A stretch of DNA of 64,000 nt from a virus. Location of the stretch: the IMG/VR virus record IMGVR_UViG_3300023174_000110, positions 1 to 64,000 of that record, one strand, 5' to 3'. Below the pieces are notes generated by a model. That model worked only from the letters and a program-made list of their open reading frames with translations, was not told the DNA's origin and did not search any database. Numbering within the stretch: the stretch's first letter is position 1; each line of letters opens with the position of its first letter. A program made the position numbers and the translations under genes. Positions 26,768-37,526 of the stretch are shown here, piece after piece.

Positions 26768-28450
26768 TTATAGATCCTTGAACCATTTACTGGCATAATT
26801 CGCATAAGTGTCGCCACCATTGGCAACTTCCCATAAATCTCCACCTTCAATCATAAAATCTGGTTTTGTACCATCATCTATAATAGGCTCCGGTAGAACC
26901 TCTTCATCAATTTGATTCATATTTTCCAATTGAATCTGTTTTCTTAAATCATGGTTTACTATTTCTCTAAAGTATTTCTGAGTGGCTGCCCAAGCAAAAA
27001 TAACCAAAGTCATTACATTATCGTCATTGGCTCCATCGGCTGCAGCAAAAGAGGTTTTATATTGTTCAAAAGTGGTTAATTCTGAATAGGTATCAAAATC
27101 GTTAATCAATAGTTTGTCACCTTCTATCAATGTTTTAAGGTTTGAACAACCAATTTGTTTGACCTGTGGTGACATTTTAAGTCCCATCTGTACACCTCTG
27201 GCAAAACCAGCAGACAATTGTTGTGGTTTTTTATTACCTGTAAAGACTTTTAATAAGTTTTCATACTCAAGGTCTTGGTGTAATATGTCAGCCACTTGAG
27301 GATTGTTGTTTATTTCTACTAAAACGTAAGCATCGTTATACAGTTTGGCCGCATTGTAGATTACGGTAGGAAATAATATTGGTGATATTGAAGAACTATT
27401 GTATGTGGCCACCTGTTTATATGGTGTAGAAGATATATCTATTACCGAAAAAGCAGAAGAATCTAAATTTTTACCTTCTGACACGTCCACACAAATACAA
27501 TATAAATGGTCGGACTTATGTTCAGTACCTTCTTTAATTGGATGTTCATAGATTTTCATCTTGTCATGTTCGGCAATTGGATTGATATATCTTAATTGCT
27601 GTAGTTTGTAACCAGAAATGAGAGTGTTTGATGATCCTAAAAACTCTGTTTCAAACTCTTGAGCAAACTGCCGTTCTGATGTGTTACGAATTGTTTCTTC
27701 TTTCCAAGCATCATCTCGACCTGGCACCATTGACCAATGAATCTGAAAGTTCTTGTAGTTATTTCGACCTTCTAGTGAATCCATCCACAACTTATAGAAT
27801 AGATTCATACCATTTGGTGTGGAAACAATGATAATCTTTGATGACTTACCAGATGAGATTACAGGATAGACTGAGTTAAAGAACTCGTTGGCAATATTGT
27901 TTGGTACGAAAGCAAATTCGTCCAAGAATACAATGTTAAAAGAACCACCTCGGATTGCTGAAGATGATGTACTGGCCGCAATAACCTTAGACCCGTTCTC
28001 TAGTTCTACATTACCCTTGTTCCATGTCACCACACCTTGTTGGAGCCATTGTGGTAAGTTTTCATATGCCAGTTGATACTTGGCTAGAATATCTCTTGCC
28101 AAAGAACCTTTGTTGGCCAATACCGCCACATTTTGAGAATCGGTAAAAATGGTTGCCCAAAGAAGATAACCAACGGTAGTGGTTGTTTTACCAACTTGAC
28201 GAGGACATTTGGTAATAACAAAACGATTATCTTTAAACAGATTAATCATTTCTTTTTGAAAGTCCCACATATTAAAATTAATAAGACCTTCATCTACGTT
28301 AACAATTTTAATATAATTCATACAGAAATATACAGGATCTTTAGAACATTTTATATATTCTTGTACCTGTTCTTCTGTATATTTGTGTTCAACGCCTACC
28401 TTTTTTAATAACGGATTATCACGGTAAGAATCTTTATTTTGGGTGGCCAT
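26768..28450 (-). CDS. 17: terminase large subunit gp17
   Basis: PRQVGKTT, FLDEFAF, STPNG, VDVSEG, DD.VM. Confidence 0.98.
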   Translation of the reverse strand: MATQNKDSYRDNPLLKKVGVEHKYTEEQVQEYIKCSKDPVYFCMNYIKIVNVDEGLINFNMWDFQKEMINLFKDNRFVITKCPRQVGKTTTTVGYLLWATIFTDSQNVAVLANKGSLARDILAKYQLAYENLPQWLQQGVVTWNKGNVELENGSKVIAASTSSSAIRGGSFNIVFLDEFAFVPNNIANEFFNSVYPVISSGKSSKIIIVSTPNGMNLFYKLWMDSLEGRNNYKNFQIHWSMVPGRDDAWKEETIRNTSERQFAQEFETEFLGSSNTLISGYKLQQLRYINPIAEHDKMKIYEHPIKEGTEHKSDHLYCICVDVSEGKNLDSSAFSVIDISSTPYKQVATYNSSSISPILFPTVIYNAAKLYNDAYVLVEINNNPQVADILHQDLEYENLLKVFTGNKKPQQLSAGFARGVQMGLKMSPQVKQIGCSNLKTLIEGDKLLINDFDTYSELTTFEQYKTSFAAADGANDDNVMTLVIFAWAATQKYFREIVNHDLRKQIQLENMNQIDEEVLPEPIIDDGTKPDFMIEGGDLWEVANGGDTYANYASKWFKDL

Positions 28451-28869
28451 TAATCTTTGCCTTTAATGAGTTTATTCAACTCAGCGGTAGAACCAATAAA
28501 GATGGCTTTATCAATATTGGTACCGCCTTTATCTTTTTTGGCGTTTTCATCCATGTCACGCATTTGTTTTTGTATTGCCAGTAACTCTTTATTGGCGTCT
28601 ACCACATTTTTGAGTAATGTGCCATATACTTCAAAAGCACGGGGATGCTGTCCTGCTTTAGCAATGTTAAGTATTTCTTGCATTGCTTCTTGGCCTTGAT
28701 CAATAAGGCCTTGCAGGTTTTCTCTTGATTGTTGGTATGCATCTGTAAGGTCCTGTTTTAAATCAGGCTCGTTATAGTGTGTTTGAAATACCGGAAGCTT
28801 TTCTTTTTTTTCTTCTGGTATAGGAGTCACATCAAAAACATCAGATAAATTTTTATTCAAATCATTCAT
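28450..28869 (-). CDS. 16: terminase small subunit gp16
   Basis: HPRAFEV, FIGSTAEL; upstream of gp17. Confidence 0.9.
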   Translation of the reverse strand: MNDLNKNLSDVFDVTPIPEEKKEKLPVFQTHYNEPDLKQDLTDAYQQSRENLQGLIDQGQEAMQEILNIAKAGQHPRAFEVYGTLLKNVVDANKELLAIQKQMRDMDENAKKDKGGTNIDKAIFIGSTAELNKLIKGKD

Positions 28870-29854
28870 ATTCAGTTATAATTGTGTTTGCTGTCCATGT
28901 GTTAGCCAAGGCTACATTTGCATTGGCTGGGTTAACTAAAGTATCTATTTGCACATATTTTCTAGATGTTGGACTATAAGAAGCAAATTTATAGTTTGTG
29001 CTTGAACTTGTAGATTTTATGGGCACACTAGAAATAAAATTACCATTTATGTTTGTTAAATGTAGTTGATTGTTATTCCAAAAAATAACTTTTCCTGTGG
29101 CCGTTGCTGTGCCGGCTGAATATCCTTGATATACAATTTCACCTATTTGGTAATTTCCTACTCCAGAACTTCCATTCATATTAAAAATAACAACATCTTC
29201 TGGACCAATTTTATTTAAAACAGATGTAATTGAATGTGTAATAAGTCCTTTTGAAGAATCATTAATTTTACCAAATACAAATCCTTTAACCGTAAAATTT
29301 AATGTCCAAATAATATTTCTTGTTTCTCTGGAGTGTACACCCTCATAATCAATATCTTGTGATGTTGAATTTAAAATAATTGGAACCTCTTTAATAATAC
29401 CCATCTCTGGAATCAAATTTAATTTGATTGTATAATCAGGTGTAAAATAAGGAAGAATATGTTCAATAATTTGTGTACCATCTTCTATGTTACGGACATA
29501 GATATACAAATTAAAATCAAAATTATACGGCACTGGATTGTATTGAGAAATTAAACCAGCATTTGTTTTAGCAAAATTTTTAACGTTTGTATTTAATTTT
29601 CTAGAAGAATCGTAAGTAAACCCTGTCATTTCAAATGACATTCTTGGTAATGTTACTTGAACTTTTTTGTTTAATAACGGATCTTCTTCATTACGAAAAA
29701 CATATAATTCTTTTGGACCATAGATAATAGGTACAATTAATCTTTCTGCTTCGGTAAAATCAGGATTGTATCGAACCAAAGTAATATCATTAAACATATT
29801 ACCAAAACCAATAACAAGTTTTCGTATGATTCGATTATAAAAAATATTGGCCAT
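28862..29854 (-). CDS. 15: tail sheath stabiliser/terminator gp15
   Basis: VPI.YGPKE, LPRMSFE, PVPYN, QIIEHILPYF.P. Confidence 0.93.
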   Translation of the reverse strand: MANIFYNRIIRKLVIGFGNMFNDITLVRYNPDFTEAERLIVPIIYGPKELYVFRNEEDPLLNKKVQVTLPRMSFEMTGFTYDSSRKLNTNVKNFAKTNAGLISQYNPVPYNFDFNLYIYVRNIEDGTQIIEHILPYFTPDYTIKLNLIPEMGIIKEVPIILNSTSQDIDYEGVHSRETRNIIWTLNFTVKGFVFGKINDSSKGLITHSITSVLNKIGPEDVVIFNMNGSSGVGNYQIGEIVYQGYSAGTATATGKVIFWNNNQLHLTNINGNFISSVPIKSTSSSTNYKFASYSPTSRKYVQIDTLVNPANANVALANTWTANTIITEYE

Positions 29855-30735
29855 TATATACTTCCAAATGGATTGGTTTCAGAAAAATCAATAATTGAAT
29901 TGGCTTGATTTTCAATAATGTAGTTATCACTTGATTCATCTCTAACATTATCTTTTAGGGGATCAAAATTGGCCAAAAGATATTTAGCATTACTGGAAGC
30001 ACCAATAATATTGGCTGATGGCCTAAACTCTCCTGCAATATTGGTCACGTTTAATGTATTGGCTTTTTTATTCCATTCTTGTACAATGGCAACCACAGTT
30101 GCATTGGATTGAGTGTTGTCATGAGCTTGATAAACAATTTCTTTATTTTGATATGTGCCTGTACCAGCCCCAACATTAAGTTGAATGGTGTAAGAAGAAA
30201 AGGTTGCGGAGTCATCAATCTCTTGAACACCCGTGTTAATAAGTTCATGTGAGAATTTGAATTTCTCTAATTGTAATTCATAAAAATAAGGTACTCGTCT
30301 ACCCAATGTATGAAAATCTTTATCTTGGTCTGCAAATTTGATTTCATATAATTCACCAGTACCATTTAAGTAAGGTACGTAAATCAAATCACCTTCACGA
30401 GGCCTTTGAAATACATTTTGTGGAACTCGTTGAGCAAAGGATCTTTTGGAAACAATAACATTGATATTGTTTTTAATTTCAAGACCAAATTTAGAAAAGA
30501 ATTCTTTTTCACCATCATAATCTAATGTATTAGAAAGATACAATTCTACAGGAAAAGCAGATTGAAATTTTTTAACTGGATCTTCACCAAATAATAAATC
30601 CCGAGCAATGTCATTATCGTTAGGCAAATAGTAACCATCAAAGCCCATTATTTTAATGGACTCAACAATTAAATCTTCTAAAACTCTTTGTTCGGCTATT
30701 GAGTTATAGTTGTTAAAGTAAACTGAAGTTGGCAT
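29854..30735 (-). CDS. 14: neck protein gp14
   Basis: EDLIVESIKI.G, FFSKFGL, RPREGDLIY, DFSETNPFG. Confidence 0.95.
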   Translation of the reverse strand: MPTSVYFNNYNSIAEQRVLEDLIVESIKIMGFDGYYLPNDNDIARDLLFGEDPVKKFQSAFPVELYLSNTLDYDGEKEFFSKFGLEIKNNINVIVSKRSFAQRVPQNVFQRPREGDLIYVPYLNGTGELYEIKFADQDKDFHTLGRRVPYFYELQLEKFKFSHELINTGVQEIDDSATFSSYTIQLNVGAGTGTYQNKEIVYQAHDNTQSNATVVAIVQEWNKKANTLNVTNIAGEFRPSANIIGASSNAKYLLANFDPLKDNVRDESSDNYIIENQANSIIDFSETNPFGSI

Positions 30736-30736
30736 T

Positions 30737-31504
30737 TTAGTTCAAGAAAAACTCCAATGGAGCTCCATATTCATTTTGCATTTCTGTTTCTAATTTTTCA
30801 ATTTCACCAACGGCTTCTTCATAAATTTTGTCGCCATTTAATGTAACACCACCAGGTAATTGTAGGCCATTGAATTTCTTTAAATTGTTACCCCATGTTC
30901 TTTTTATTAATGCGGTTGCATATTCTTTCATCCAACGATCATTCCAAACTCTATTATAAACTGCAGGATCAATATTGGCATAACATTCAGCCACAACAAT
31001 TTTAGGTGATTGTGATGCTCCCCACGCCCAATCAATATATAATTTTTGCATATGGCGTTGAAAACGAATTGGCACTTCACCAGAAAATAATAATTCCAAT
31101 GAACGTAAATGTTGTAATGTTAATGTATAGTTAACATAAGAAGCTGAAGTAAAATCATATAATTCATTTAAACGAAGTTGATATCTTAAATCAAACATAC
31201 TGACTGAAGCCATAGAATCTTGAATTGGAAATATACGAGTAATACCAACAACTTCTAAATGGTTATTAGAACTATCTCTGACATTACTTAAATCAATATA
31301 TTTTTGATTAATATCGGTTTGATCAATTCTTTTTACATAATAAAATTTTTGAAGTCCATCAAAATGATAGTCTTGCCAATATTGCAGCGCATCGTCAATG
31401 CGATCTTCTATTTGGTCCTCATCCACATTAATGTCGATTACAGGAAAGCCCAATCTACGTAAACAGTAGTCTTTAAAATCTTGTCTGGATGTGATTATTG
31501 CCAT
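30737..31504 (-). CDS. 13: neck protein gp13
   Basis: YCLRRLGFPVIDINV, WG.NL.KF.G.QLPGGVTLNG. Confidence 0.95.
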   Translation of the reverse strand: MAIITSRQDFKDYCLRRLGFPVIDINVDEDQIEDRIDDALQYWQDYHFDGLQKFYYVKRIDQTDINQKYIDLSNVRDSSNNHLEVVGITRIFPIQDSMASVSMFDLRYQLRLNELYDFTSASYVNYTLTLQHLRSLELLFSGEVPIRFQRHMQKLYIDWAWGASQSPKIVVAECYANIDPAVYNRVWNDRWMKEYATALIKRTWGNNLKKFNGLQLPGGVTLNGDKIYEEAVGEIEKLETEMQNEYGAPLEFFLN

Positions 31505-31546
31505 GGTATATTCCTATTTTATAGGCTATTTAGTTCACGAGCGGTA

Positions 31547-33013
31547 TTAACTCCAATACGCTGTAGCCCCAGAAACACCACCTTCTCCGCCTGTACCGCC
31601 AACACTATACAAATTAGTAACAACTTGAGCAAAACCTGAATTAAATCTAAAGGTTATTGGACTATAAGCTGTGGTGTCTACCCGCACTGGCCACAATGGC
31701 ATGCCTGTAGTATATAACGGCCTTATTTGACCACCAATTAAATAATTTTCAAATGGTAAAGAAATTGGATTAACACTTGTAATTCTTTGCAGTAATCCGG
31801 CTTGTAAACTTGCATTTGTGTTTGCAGTTATAACCTGCGTTGAATTTTGAATATTAAATGGTTTTGCTGTTCCTCCTGCTACCATATCATTGATAGTAAC
31901 AGACGCAATAGGAAGAATAGAAGCAGCAATATTTGGTATTAAATTGCCAGCTGGAATACGGCTATCTACAAAAACAGGTGATGGAAGTTGATTTCTAATA
32001 TTATAAGGCCGATAAGGGTAATTGTTTGGTCCTAAATTGTTTGGCATATCAACTGCAGTTGTGGTTGCCGCTACAGCATTTAACGTTGATGGCGTAATAC
32101 TTGGAATTAAACTATTTGGTCCACCATAATAATTTGTTACAACAGTTGCACGATTCAACTCTGCATAAGCATTAAAAGGATTAAAACTTTCTGATTGAGT
32201 GATTGTACTTACAGTAACAGGTCTTGGGTCTGTAATATATCTATTAATAAACAAATTAATATCATTATTTGATTTAATAGCCACAACACAAGGACTCATT
32301 ATTTGCTTGTGTTCTGTATTTCCTGTACTAGTAAATGTGTTTGCAAAACTTCTGGATTGAACATCAATTAAATTTATTACGGTATTAGTTCCTGTGTAAT
32401 AATCTGTTAAAACTTGAACCATAGGATAGTTAAAACCAACATTTGAAGTAAATGTGTAATTTGGTCCAAAACCTACAACGGGATTTGGTGAACCTATGGA
32501 TACAGTTGTGGTAAAAGGTAATACAGCCAATTGAGAACCAACGGCTGTTGTGGATAAATTTGATCCAAATGTTTGAGGTCTACCAACATTTGTTATTACA
32601 GTTGTTGCTTGTTGGTTGCTATCATCCCTAGAACCGTATGTGTATACAGGATTTGAAGCAATTTGAGTTAAGGAGGATAAAGAAGCCCAATTATTTGCCT
32701 GAACTACAACAGGTGTACGAAAATCAGTAACTACAGCAGCAGAAACATAACTTAAACCATTTGTTAATCCGCCGTTTAATAGACCATAATTAACATTGGT
32801 TATTACTGGTACTGTTGCATTTTGTATTGAAACTATCGTATTGGAAATGTAATTACCTTGATTCCCAATACGATATTGTATCAATATTTCAATAGTATTT
32901 AATCCCAAAAAATCTGCTTGGTTACCCTTAGATGTATTGGGTACTACTGTTGCAACAGATGCTGATACTACTGCTGAGGCGGTAGAAACCGGTAACCCGG
33001 TAGCGAGTGGCAT
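31547..33013 (-). CDS. hypothetical virion protein (Asn/Thr/Val-rich)
   Basis: 488-aa ORF in the structural region. Confidence 0.6.
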   Translation of the reverse strand: MPLATGLPVSTASAVVSASVATVVPNTSKGNQADFLGLNTIEILIQYRIGNQGNYISNTIVSIQNATVPVITNVNYGLLNGGLTNGLSYVSAAVVTDFRTPVVVQANNWASLSSLTQIASNPVYTYGSRDDSNQQATTVITNVGRPQTFGSNLSTTAVGSQLAVLPFTTTVSIGSPNPVVGFGPNYTFTSNVGFNYPMVQVLTDYYTGTNTVINLIDVQSRSFANTFTSTGNTEHKQIMSPCVVAIKSNNDINLFINRYITDPRPVTVSTITQSESFNPFNAYAELNRATVVTNYYGGPNSLIPSITPSTLNAVAATTTAVDMPNNLGPNNYPYRPYNIRNQLPSPVFVDSRIPAGNLIPNIAASILPIASVTINDMVAGGTAKPFNIQNSTQVITANTNASLQAGLLQRITSVNPISLPFENYLIGGQIRPLYTTGMPLWPVRVDTTAYSPITFRFNSGFAQVVTNLYSVGGTGGEGGVSGATAYWS

Positions 33014-33026
33014 CGGCTTACCTGCT

Positions 33027-35291
33027 TTACACGCTTATAGCAGCATAGATGTTATTAATTCCACCACCAGTAATATTCACGGGAACCACAGTATCAGCTG
33101 TATTACTTGTGGCTACTGTTAAGTTTCTAGAACTATTTGTAGCAAACAACATTGTAGAACCATCAATTGATAATTGTACGTTGGCGGCTAATCTATTTCC
33201 AGTATAATCATAAGCATTTACTGTAGCGGTTGCTGAGATAGTTGTTCCTGTATATGTAAAGTTTGTACCAGACATAATAACAGCAACGTTCACAGGTAAT
33301 GTAGGAGTAATAATGTGAATACTACCATTATTTTTATCCATTGCATAACCCCAAATACGATTTGTTGCGTCCATACCTAATGTGCGGAATTCAGAATTGT
33401 ATACTGAACCAACTCTCCAACCAGTAGCATTTTCCCAAACAAAGAATGAAGTCTTGTATGTTTGTGGAACTATCATTTGAGTTGAATTAGCATTTAAAGG
33501 CATAAAATTCTTAGGAATATCTTGCAATGTGAAGAATGTATATGCGCTATGATATGTCAATTGGTTGTCATTAGTACCTGTACCTGCCTGATATGTAATC
33601 ATGGTTCTGGTATTTGGAGTAGGCCAACGCCGAGCACCTTGACCAGTTGAAGATAATGCCATCTGGTCTGTAATCCAGAAAGTAATATATGTGTTACCAT
33701 TTGACACAAACTGATGAGGCTTCATTCCCCATGGGCAAGTATTGTTTGCTGTATCTGGAGTCCATTGGTTCATATTCATTACCATTGGAGCAGCAATGTT
33801 CCAATGAGTATTTGATCCAAGATAAGCAATGTTACAATATGAAGCTGATACGTTACCTGTATTGATATTAATTGTCCATCTTAAAGGAACTAAGTTTGCA
33901 TTACCAAAAGCGGAACCTCCAGGGAAATTACCAGGATTGGTTGCAGTACCTGCATCATAATGAGGAGTATAGAATACCCAACGAGTGGCGTCAGCCGCAT
34001 CTCTGCGCATGTTACTTGGAGATAGTCTACGTAATCTTTCGCCAGTATAAGAACTGAAATGTGTATTTTGGTTTGCTGCTGTGTGAACAAATGATACGTT
34101 TGAGAAGAAATTGTTTTGTGAGCTTAAACGATTAACTGTAATACCGCAATCTACAGCATGAGCTCTTGTTGGATGGTCATTGGCTACTACCCACAAAGTA
34201 TTACCTGTATTATCTACACCAGCAAAGAAAATACGTTGAGAATTGTTTGCTATTCCATTAGGTTCTATAAGAGATGAATTTGTACCACCAGCGCCACCTG
34301 CACCAATTACTGGAATGATCACAGGATTTAATGTTGTATAACCAGTAATTTTATTAACATAAGGTTTAGATGGATTTGCATTGTTCATTAGATATATTGC
34401 ACCGTTACCAGCATCTTCGTATGCAATAGAACTTCCCATTTTACCAAATCCCCAAGTACCACCAATATTGTTACGGGATGATATGCCACCGGCCGCCGTA
34501 GCCGCCTCGGCTTCGGTTAAAGGAAGTGTTACTTGCGGAGGGTTGTTGCTACCACCAGTTAAAAATGCTGTTAATCCCGGTATACCAAATGTGGCACCAA
34601 TACCAGCAGTTATATCAGTACCATAAAGGAACCAACCATCGTTTGCATTTCCATTATATCCGCTGCTATTTGCAAAAGGATTGTATTGTTGTGGAGAGCT
34701 ACCAGCTCCTGTAGCAGCCATACCACCGAGGCCTCGATCACCAGGTAAAATTGCAACAATTTGAGTATTATTAGCAACTCTTGCTAATTTTAACATAGGA
34801 TAATTTGCAAAATCCATTGTCTGATGATAAGTGTCATGTTGGAAATTATTAAAAGCTCTTGAACCACCTATCATTGCATTAGCAGCAATATTGGTGTTTG
34901 CAGCATAGTTGCTTGACTGATCACCTACTGCATAAGTTGAAATTGTTCCTCTGGACAAACACATAATTCCTGCTCTAAAAAATCCATCATCAGTTACAGG
35001 AAAATAAATGTTTGTTTCCATGGATGCCATTTGGTTTCCTAAGGAATTAGTTATATTCCTTTGTATTCCTTGTCCTGGGCCAAATGATCCAACAAATACA
35101 TAAGATGAATTACCTGTGGCATGCCATTGAATACCTTGATAATTATAATGCCAGCTTTTGGTCCAAGATGGAGTTAAAGTTACTAAATCGTGTTGAACCG
35201 TATCAAGAAAAATACGGCTAAATGTTGGATTTGGATCCTCAATAACTGCAATTTTTCTATCTGTATATTGAACTGTTCTGATTTCTGGCAT
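33027..35291 (-). CDS. putative receptor-binding/virion protein, paralog A
   Basis: 754 aa, colinear similarity with the adjacent 653-aa protein. Confidence 0.65.
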   Translation of the reverse strand: MPEIRTVQYTDRKIAVIEDPNPTFSRIFLDTVQHDLVTLTPSWTKSWHYNYQGIQWHATGNSSYVFVGSFGPGQGIQRNITNSLGNQMASMETNIYFPVTDDGFFRAGIMCLSRGTISTYAVGDQSSNYAANTNIAANAMIGGSRAFNNFQHDTYHQTMDFANYPMLKLARVANNTQIVAILPGDRGLGGMAATGAGSSPQQYNPFANSSGYNGNANDGWFLYGTDITAGIGATFGIPGLTAFLTGGSNNPPQVTLPLTEAEAATAAGGISSRNNIGGTWGFGKMGSSIAYEDAGNGAIYLMNNANPSKPYVNKITGYTTLNPVIIPVIGAGGAGGTNSSLIEPNGIANNSQRIFFAGVDNTGNTLWVVANDHPTRAHAVDCGITVNRLSSQNNFFSNVSFVHTAANQNTHFSSYTGERLRRLSPSNMRRDAADATRWVFYTPHYDAGTATNPGNFPGGSAFGNANLVPLRWTININTGNVSASYCNIAYLGSNTHWNIAAPMVMNMNQWTPDTANNTCPWGMKPHQFVSNGNTYITFWITDQMALSSTGQGARRWPTPNTRTMITYQAGTGTNDNQLTYHSAYTFFTLQDIPKNFMPLNANSTQMIVPQTYKTSFFVWENATGWRVGSVYNSEFRTLGMDATNRIWGYAMDKNNGSIHIITPTLPVNVAVIMSGTNFTYTGTTISATATVNAYDYTGNRLAANVQLSIDGSTMLFATNSSRNLTVATSNTADTVVPVNITGGGINNIYAAISV

Positions 35292-35675
35292 TTTTAACTT
35301 CCCTAAAATTAAATTATGATGTTATTTAGATTAAGCGTAGGCGTAGATATTGTTAACACCACCACCAAAGATGCTTAAATTAACTGTAGTATCAATGGTA
35401 GAACTTGTTTGAATATTTAATGTTCTCAATCCATTTTGTGCAAATGTCATTGTTGTGCCATCAATAGTTAGTGTAACGTTAGCTGCTACTCTAGCACCTG
35501 TGAAGTCATAAGCATTAATTGTTGCTGATGTACTAATCGTTGTTCCTGTATATGTATAACTTACAGAAGCCATTTGAATTACTACGTTTACTGATAAACT
35601 TGGTGTAAGAACATGGATGCTACCATTGTTTTCATCCATTGCATAACCCCAAATACGATTTGTTGTGTCCATACC
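33336..35675. repeat. 42-bp near-identical direct repeat between the paralogs (33336-33377 and 35634-35675)
   Basis: ATCCATTGCATAACCCCAAATACGATTTGTTG-x-GTCCATACC, 41/42 identical. Confidence 0.85.
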
Positions 35676-37292
35676 AAGCATACGGAATTCAGTATTGTAC
35701 ACACCACCTGATGCCCAACCAGTTTGATTGTTCCAAGCAAAGAAGTTTGTTTTACTTCCAGAAACAACAGCCATTAATGTGTTGTTGGCATTGATTGGCA
35801 TAAAGTTTTTAGGAATATCAAGAATTGTATTGAATGTGTAAGCACTATGATAAGTTAAATTAACATCAGTATTTGCATTTAAATTTCCAAAACCTGAATT
35901 AGCAGCAATTTGATAAGTTACCATTGTTCGTTGTGCTGTATTTGCCCAACGAATATTTCCGTTACTGGAATACCATGTTTGAAAAGTACTGGATAAAGAA
36001 GCCGATGGCCAAGCAAATTGATCAACTAACCAGAATGTAATATACGTATTACCATTTGAAGTAAACTGGTGTGGCTTCATCATCCATGTATGATTGTTGT
36101 TGTTGCTTGGGTCGGTCCAAGGAATTGACATGGGTGATGCATAAGTACGGTAGTTTGTGCCTACCGGGAAAATCATATTACAGTTGGCGGTATTAACCGT
36201 TCCGTTTGCTGCATCATATACAATTCGCATTGGTTGTAACATTGCATCATTATTATCATAATGTGAAGTATAAAATACATAACGATTGTTGGCGTCACGG
36301 CGAATATTACTTGGATAATTTCTCTTATATGATCCGCTAGTTCTAGTAACTTGTCCAGCCTGAGATGTTAAATTGGAAATCATTGTTGTTGATGCTAAAT
36401 TTCTAGGATCAATTTTGTAAATAAATCCACGACTATCAGTTGTTTGATCTTGATGTTGGTACCACCAAGTAAATCCATTATTATCAACACCTATAAAAAA
36501 TATTGTTGATTGATCACCTGGAGCTACAATATTGGTTGTATAATTGTAAGTATTTCCAAAATTAAATCCTTGAACAGCTACAGCTCGTTGGTTTATGCCA
36601 GCAAGTTTTCTCATACCATACATAACACCAAAATTGGTATCTTCCCAACAAAACATATTCATTGTGCGGAGTGATGTATTAACGAATAATGCTGAATTAT
36701 TTGATGTATTGTTTATACCCTGTGTTAAATCGGATAACCAAGTTCCCCAACCTATGGTAGTTGTGTCATCATTTCTTATTTCTTTTGGATAATAAAGCAT
36801 ATGACAATAACCTGTCACAGGACTTTTCCAACTTTTCACCGTAGGAAAATTATTAAAATCTAAAGACCACCAATAAGTATCATATTGACCTTGTGCAGTT
36901 GATCTTGAATAATCTGCTCCGGTGAGTTGACTTGTACCGGATCCATCACCAACAGCGTAAGTTGAAATGGTACCTTTTTGTAGTGCTATATAACCAACTC
37001 TAAACCATCCATAGTCCAAAATAGGAAAATTATCTGTAAAACCGTTACTCGGTTGCAATGCAGTTCTAGTTAAAACAGGTTGAATATCTTGGAACCTTGC
37101 AGTATTAACATCTTGCCCGGCATATTGTACGGTACCGTTGATATTGTACATAAATTGTTTTTGCCATGCAGGAACCAATGTGTTTAAATCGAGAGCTTGT
37201 CCATCTTGAAATAATCTATTGAAGCTAGGATTTGGATCTTCAATTAATTGGTATCTTGTATTTGATACTTGAACTGATTTAATTTTTGGCAT
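35331..37292 (-). CDS. putative receptor-binding/virion protein, paralog B
   Basis: IEDPNP, GTISTYAVGD, MKPHQF.SNGNTYITFW, NRIWGYAMD shared with paralog A. Confidence 0.65.
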   Translation of the reverse strand: MPKIKSVQVSNTRYQLIEDPNPSFNRLFQDGQALDLNTLVPAWQKQFMYNINGTVQYAGQDVNTARFQDIQPVLTRTALQPSNGFTDNFPILDYGWFRVGYIALQKGTISTYAVGDGSGTSQLTGADYSRSTAQGQYDTYWWSLDFNNFPTVKSWKSPVTGYCHMLYYPKEIRNDDTTTIGWGTWLSDLTQGINNTSNNSALFVNTSLRTMNMFCWEDTNFGVMYGMRKLAGINQRAVAVQGFNFGNTYNYTTNIVAPGDQSTIFFIGVDNNGFTWWYQHQDQTTDSRGFIYKIDPRNLASTTMISNLTSQAGQVTRTSGSYKRNYPSNIRRDANNRYVFYTSHYDNNDAMLQPMRIVYDAANGTVNTANCNMIFPVGTNYRTYASPMSIPWTDPSNNNNHTWMMKPHQFTSNGNTYITFWLVDQFAWPSASLSSTFQTWYSSNGNIRWANTAQRTMVTYQIAANSGFGNLNANTDVNLTYHSAYTFNTILDIPKNFMPINANNTLMAVVSGSKTNFFAWNNQTGWASGGVYNTEFRMLGMDTTNRIWGYAMDENNGSIHVLTPSLSVNVVIQMASVSYTYTGTTISTSATINAYDFTGARVAANVTLTIDGTTMTFAQNGLRTLNIQTSSTIDTTVNLSIFGGGVNNIYAYA

Positions 37293-37505
37293 TTATTCTG
37301 CTCCCAAACTTGTTTGATATTCTGCAATTTCTTCTTTTGTAAATCTATGAGAACCGTTTTCATAAAACCATTCGAGAGCTTCTTGCTCATCTGCCCATGC
37401 AGGTTGGTCGCCTGTTGAAGTTGGTCTAAATGGTTGACTAAGTTGTATTACACCATCTTTAAACACTTCAAGATTGTTGTTTGTAAAAGTATGAGTTATT
37501 GCCAT
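37293..37505 (-). CDS. small acidic hypothetical protein (possible fibre chaperone)
   Basis: 70-aa ORF with QPF.P..G..W..EEA..W pattern. Confidence 0.6.
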   Translation of the reverse strand: MAITHTFTNNNLEVFKDGVIQLSQPFRPTSTGDQPAWADEQEALEWFYENGSHRFTKEEIAEYQTSLGAE

Positions 37506-37526
37506 CTTATTTCTCCAATTATATTT

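Noticed and set aside
10629-28450. Introns or inteins in core genes (gp46, uvsW, gp20, gp17)
   Set aside because: ORFs are continuous and of normal length; no intein or homing-endonuclease insertions seen
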